Shown here piece by piece: positions 60,512-64,000 of a DNA stretch of 64,000 nt (its first letter is position 1; each line of letters starts with the position of its first letter). Origin of the DNA: Macrostomum lignano (Eukaryota); assembly GCA_002269645.1 (NCBI GenBank), contig NIVC01002115.1:124001-188000 (forward strand). Reading direction: 5' to 3'. The notes beneath the pieces were generated by a model, which was given only the letters and a program-made list of their open reading frames with translations, did no database searches and was not told the origin of the DNA. The position numbers and the translations under genes are program-made.

Positions 60512-62734
60512 ATGGGAAAGCCAGTGAGTTTTAAGTATTGTTTTTTTTAATTTTTCTATCACATCAGTCTGTAAAAAGACAAAACGTTCAACATTATCAA
60601 TCACCAAATCTATAGATAAATGTGAAAGTTACAACCATGGATGCTGAGCTGGAGTTTGCTATTCAGCCTAGCACAACTGGTAAACAGCTGTTTGACCAGG
60701 TGAGTAAAATTCTTGCCTTAGTTTTGTTTGTGCTTAGTGTCACCATTTAAATATAACCAATTAGGTGGCGAGGCATTAACATAAAAATGAAGCCATATTT
60801 ACTCTCGCCGTTTACCTTAACTTTTTTTCCTATAAGGTGGTAAAAACCATCGGGCTTCGCGAAATCTGGTACTTTGGCCTGCGCTACACTGATGTCAAAG
60901 GCTTCGCCACCTGGTTGAAGCTGAATAAAAAAGTTCTACAGCAGGATGTGCCAAAGGACACGCTTCTGGTGTTCGAATTTCGCGTCAAATTCTTCCCAGA
61001 GGACGCCTGCGAAGAGCTCGTCCAAGAGGTGACGCAGCGCATGTTCTACCTGCAGGTGAAGGAGTCCATTCTGCGAGGCGAGGTCTACTGCCCGCCTGAG
61101 ACAGCCGTTCTGTTGGCCAGCATTGCCTGTCAGGTGAAATTTGGCGACTACAACCCGGATGTGCACCAGCAGGGCTTCCTGGCCAACGAGACTCATTTTC
61201 CTATCTCGCAGGTGCGTTCTTGTTTAATATAAAGATTGAGTTTGCAATTTCTTACTGTTTTTTAGCCGGTTGCTTCTCTGATTGGTTATCAAAGTTGACC
61301 TATTATGCTTGCTGTTCTCTGATTGGCTGTTTGAAATTAGACGATTTTGCTTGCTGTTCCCTGATTGGCTCGTTAAAATCGGACGATTTTGCTTGCTGTT
61401 CTCGGATTGGCAGTTTTTAATTGGACGATTTTGCTTGCTGTTCTCTGATTGGCTGTTTTTAATTGGACGATTTTGCTTGCTGTTCTCTGATTGGCTGTTT
61501 TTAATTGGACGATTTTTATTGCTGTTTTCTGATAGGTTATCTTGTCACCAACACATTGCACTCGTATTGTCTAATTTAAGCTTAATCGCTCCCAATTCTT
61601 ATCAGGCCATTCTGAATCAGCACACCCTGTCCCGCCAAGATTGGGAGGACAAAATAGTGAATTGGTACCGCGAACTTAAAGGCAAAATGAAGGAGGACGC
61701 CATGCTTGAGTACCTGAAAGTTGCCCAAGATCTGGAGATGTACGGCGTGAACTATTTCGAAATCAAGAATAAGAAAGGCACTGATCTGTTTTTGGGCATC
61801 GACGCGTTGGGCCTGAACATCTATGCTCAGGAGGACAAGCTCACGCCTAAGATCGGCTTTCCCTGGTCGGAGATTCGCAACATCTCGTTTAACGATCGGA
61901 AGTTTGTCATTAAACCAATTGATCGCAAAGCACCGGTGAGATGAACTAAAATATGTCATTCACTGTTTTTAAGGAACCTCATTCACCGTGTTTAATAAGC
62001 TCCATTCACTGTTTAAAGAACCCCATTAACATCTAATAGTCCCATTCACATCCTCAAGGAATCTCATTCACATCCTCTAGGAATCTCATTCACATCCTCT
62101 AGGAATCTCATTCACATGCTCTAGGAATCTCATTCACATCCTAGAGGAATCTCATTCACATCCTCTAGGAATCTCATTCACATCCCTAGGAATCACATTC
62201 ACATCCTCTAGTAAAAATCTCATTCACATTCCTAGGAATCACATTCACATCCTCTTGGAATCTCATTCACATCCCCTTGGAATCTCATTCACATCCTCGA
62301 GGAATCTCATTCACATCCCTAGGAATCCCATTCACATCCCTAGGAATCTCATTCACATCCTCTTGGAATCTCATTCACATCCTCTTGGCATCTCATTCAC
62401 ATCCCTAGGAATCTTATTTACATCCCATTGTAATCTCATTCACATCCCCTTGGAATCTCATTCACATCCTCGAGGAATCTCTTTCACATCCCTAGGAATC
62501 TCATTCACATCCCTAGGAATCCCATTTACATGCTATTCATACCTGAAATTCTGGAATCCCTCATCCCCAGGATTTCGTGTTCTTCGCTCCGCGGCTCCGC
62601 ATCAACAAGCGCATCCTGGCGCTGTGCATGGGCAACCACGAGCTGTACATGCGCCGGCGCAAGCCCGACACCATCGAGGTGCAGCAGATGAAGGCTCAGG
62701 CCAAGGAGGATCGGGCTAACAAGCAATACGAGAG
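60512..62734 (+). CDS. Moe: Ezrin/radixin/moesin protein, FERM domain, partial (continues past the window). Exons 60512-60523, 60616-60699, 60837-61211, 61606-61935, 62571-62734
   Basis: MGKP|[28 protein letters not shown]|[15 protein letters not shown]...LEMYGVNYF...[16 protein letters not shown]...|[44 protein letters not shown]. The CMGNHELYM motif is ERM-type rather than merlin/NF2-type. All introns are GT-AG and in phase. Confidence 0.97.
61270..61530. repeat. About 42-bp tandem repeat with two ATTGG per unit, about 6 copies, in ERM intron 3
   Basis: TGCTGTTCTCTGATTGGCTGTTTTTAATTGGACGATTTTGCT recurs. Confidence 0.88.
62045..62525. repeat. 21-23-bp minisatellite (AGGAATCTCATTCACATCCTCT), about 22 copies, in ERM intron 4
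   Basis: Unit read directly. Confidence 0.93.
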
Positions 62735-62769
62735 GTGAGTCGCAGTGTAACCTCTCCAGAACCTCTATT

Positions 62770-64000
62770 AAATCCGCTCCCTGATCCTCTCCCACATCCG
62801 CTCCCTGATCCACCACCAAATCCGCTCCCTGATCCTCCCTTACCCCTGATCCTCCAAATCCGCTCCCTGATCCTTCACTAAATCCGCTCCCTGATCTTTC
62901 AAATCCGCTCCCTGATCCTCCCTTAAATCCGCTCCCTGATCTTCCCTTAAATCCACTCCCTGATCCTCCAAATCCGCTCCCTGATCCTTCACTAAATCCG
63001 CTCCCTGATCCTTCAAATCCGCTCCCTGATCCACCACTAAATCCGATCCTGATCCTCACTTAAATCCGCTCCCTGATCCTCCAAATCCGCTCCGTGATCC
63101 TTCACCAAATCTGCTCCCTGATCCTTCAAATCCGCTCCTTGATCCTCCCTCAATCCGCTCCCTGATCCTCCAAATCCGCTCCGTGATCCTTCACCAAATC
63201 CGCTCCCTGATCCTTCAAATCCGCTCCTTGATCCTCCCTCAATCCGCTCCCTGATCCACCAAATCCGCTCCCTGATCCTCTCCCACATCCGCTCCCATAA
63301 CCTCTACTATATCCGCTCCCTGATCCTCCCCAATCCGCTCCCTGATCCTCCCCCAATCCGCTCCCTGATCCTCCCCCAATCCGCTCCCTGATCCTCCCCC
63401 AATCCGCTCCCTGATCCTCCCCCAATCCGCTCCCTGATCCTCCCCCAATCCGCTCCCTGATCCTCCCCCAATCCGCTCCCTCATCCACCACCAAATCCGC
63501 TCCCTGATCCTCCCCCGAATTCGCTCACTGATCCTCCAAATCCGCTCCCTTATCCACCACCAAATACGCTCCCAAAACCTCTACTATATCCGCTCCCTGA
63601 TCCTCCCCAATCCGCTCCCTGATCCTCCCCCAATCCGCTCCCTGATCCTCCCCCAATCCGCTCCCTGATCCTCCCCCAATCCGCTCCCTGATCCTCCCCC
63701 AATCCGCTCCCTGATCCTCCCCCAATCCGCTCCCTGATCCTCCCCCAATCCGCTCCCTGATCCTCCCCCAATCCGCTCCCTCATCCACCACCAAATCCGC
63801 TCCCTGATCCTCCCCCGAATTCGCTTACTGATCCTCCAAATCCGCTCCCTTATCCACCACCAAATACGCTCCCAAAACCTCTACTATATCCGCTCCCTGA
63901 TCCTCCCCAATCCGCTCCCTGATCCTCCCCCAATCCGCTCCCTGATCCTCCCCAATCCGCTCCCTGATCCTCCCCCAATCCGCTCCCTGATCCTCCCCCA
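62770..64000. repeat. 21-24-bp C-rich minisatellite (AATCCGCTCCCTGATCCTCCCC), more than 50 copies, in ERM intron 5, running off the window
   Basis: Unit read directly; it explains the GSGSG/DQGAD pseudo-ORFs. Confidence 0.96.

Overview
Repeat-rich eukaryotic (invertebrate) genomic DNA, not prokaryotic. GC-rich exons, 36-90 nt mini-introns and minisatellite-filled introns resemble the flatworm Macrostomum lignano; this is inference from sequence style and was not verified. Most ORFs in the six-frame track are artefacts of tandem repeats or antisense shadows. I built phase-consistent spliced models for four host genes: (1) an 8-exon, about 740-aa protein with two degenerate cyclic-nucleotide-binding domains (minus, 14519-3856); (2) a small orphan membrane-anchored protein (minus, 43707-42866); (3) a divergent 4-EF-hand calmodulin-like protein (plus, 51878-53287); (4) the 5' part of an ezrin/radixin/moesin gene (plus, from 60512, running off the window). 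The dominant structure is a 9.6-kb near-perfect palindrome (26053-35690). It carries two convergent copies of a rhodopsin-type GPCR broken by the same 5-bp duplication, plus Gypsy and LINE remnants. Its centre preserves what looks like the fold-back priming site and a later 336-bp one-sided deletion. Also present: a nearly intact Chapaev-like (Transib/RAG1 clan) DDE transposase with one frameshift; hAT, Tc1, mariner, Merlin and foldback elements, several with exact TIRs and target-site duplications; tRNA-derived SINEs; an RNase H-bearing LINE; many minisatellites; and a 408-nt assembly gap. All alignments were done by eye and no database searches were run.
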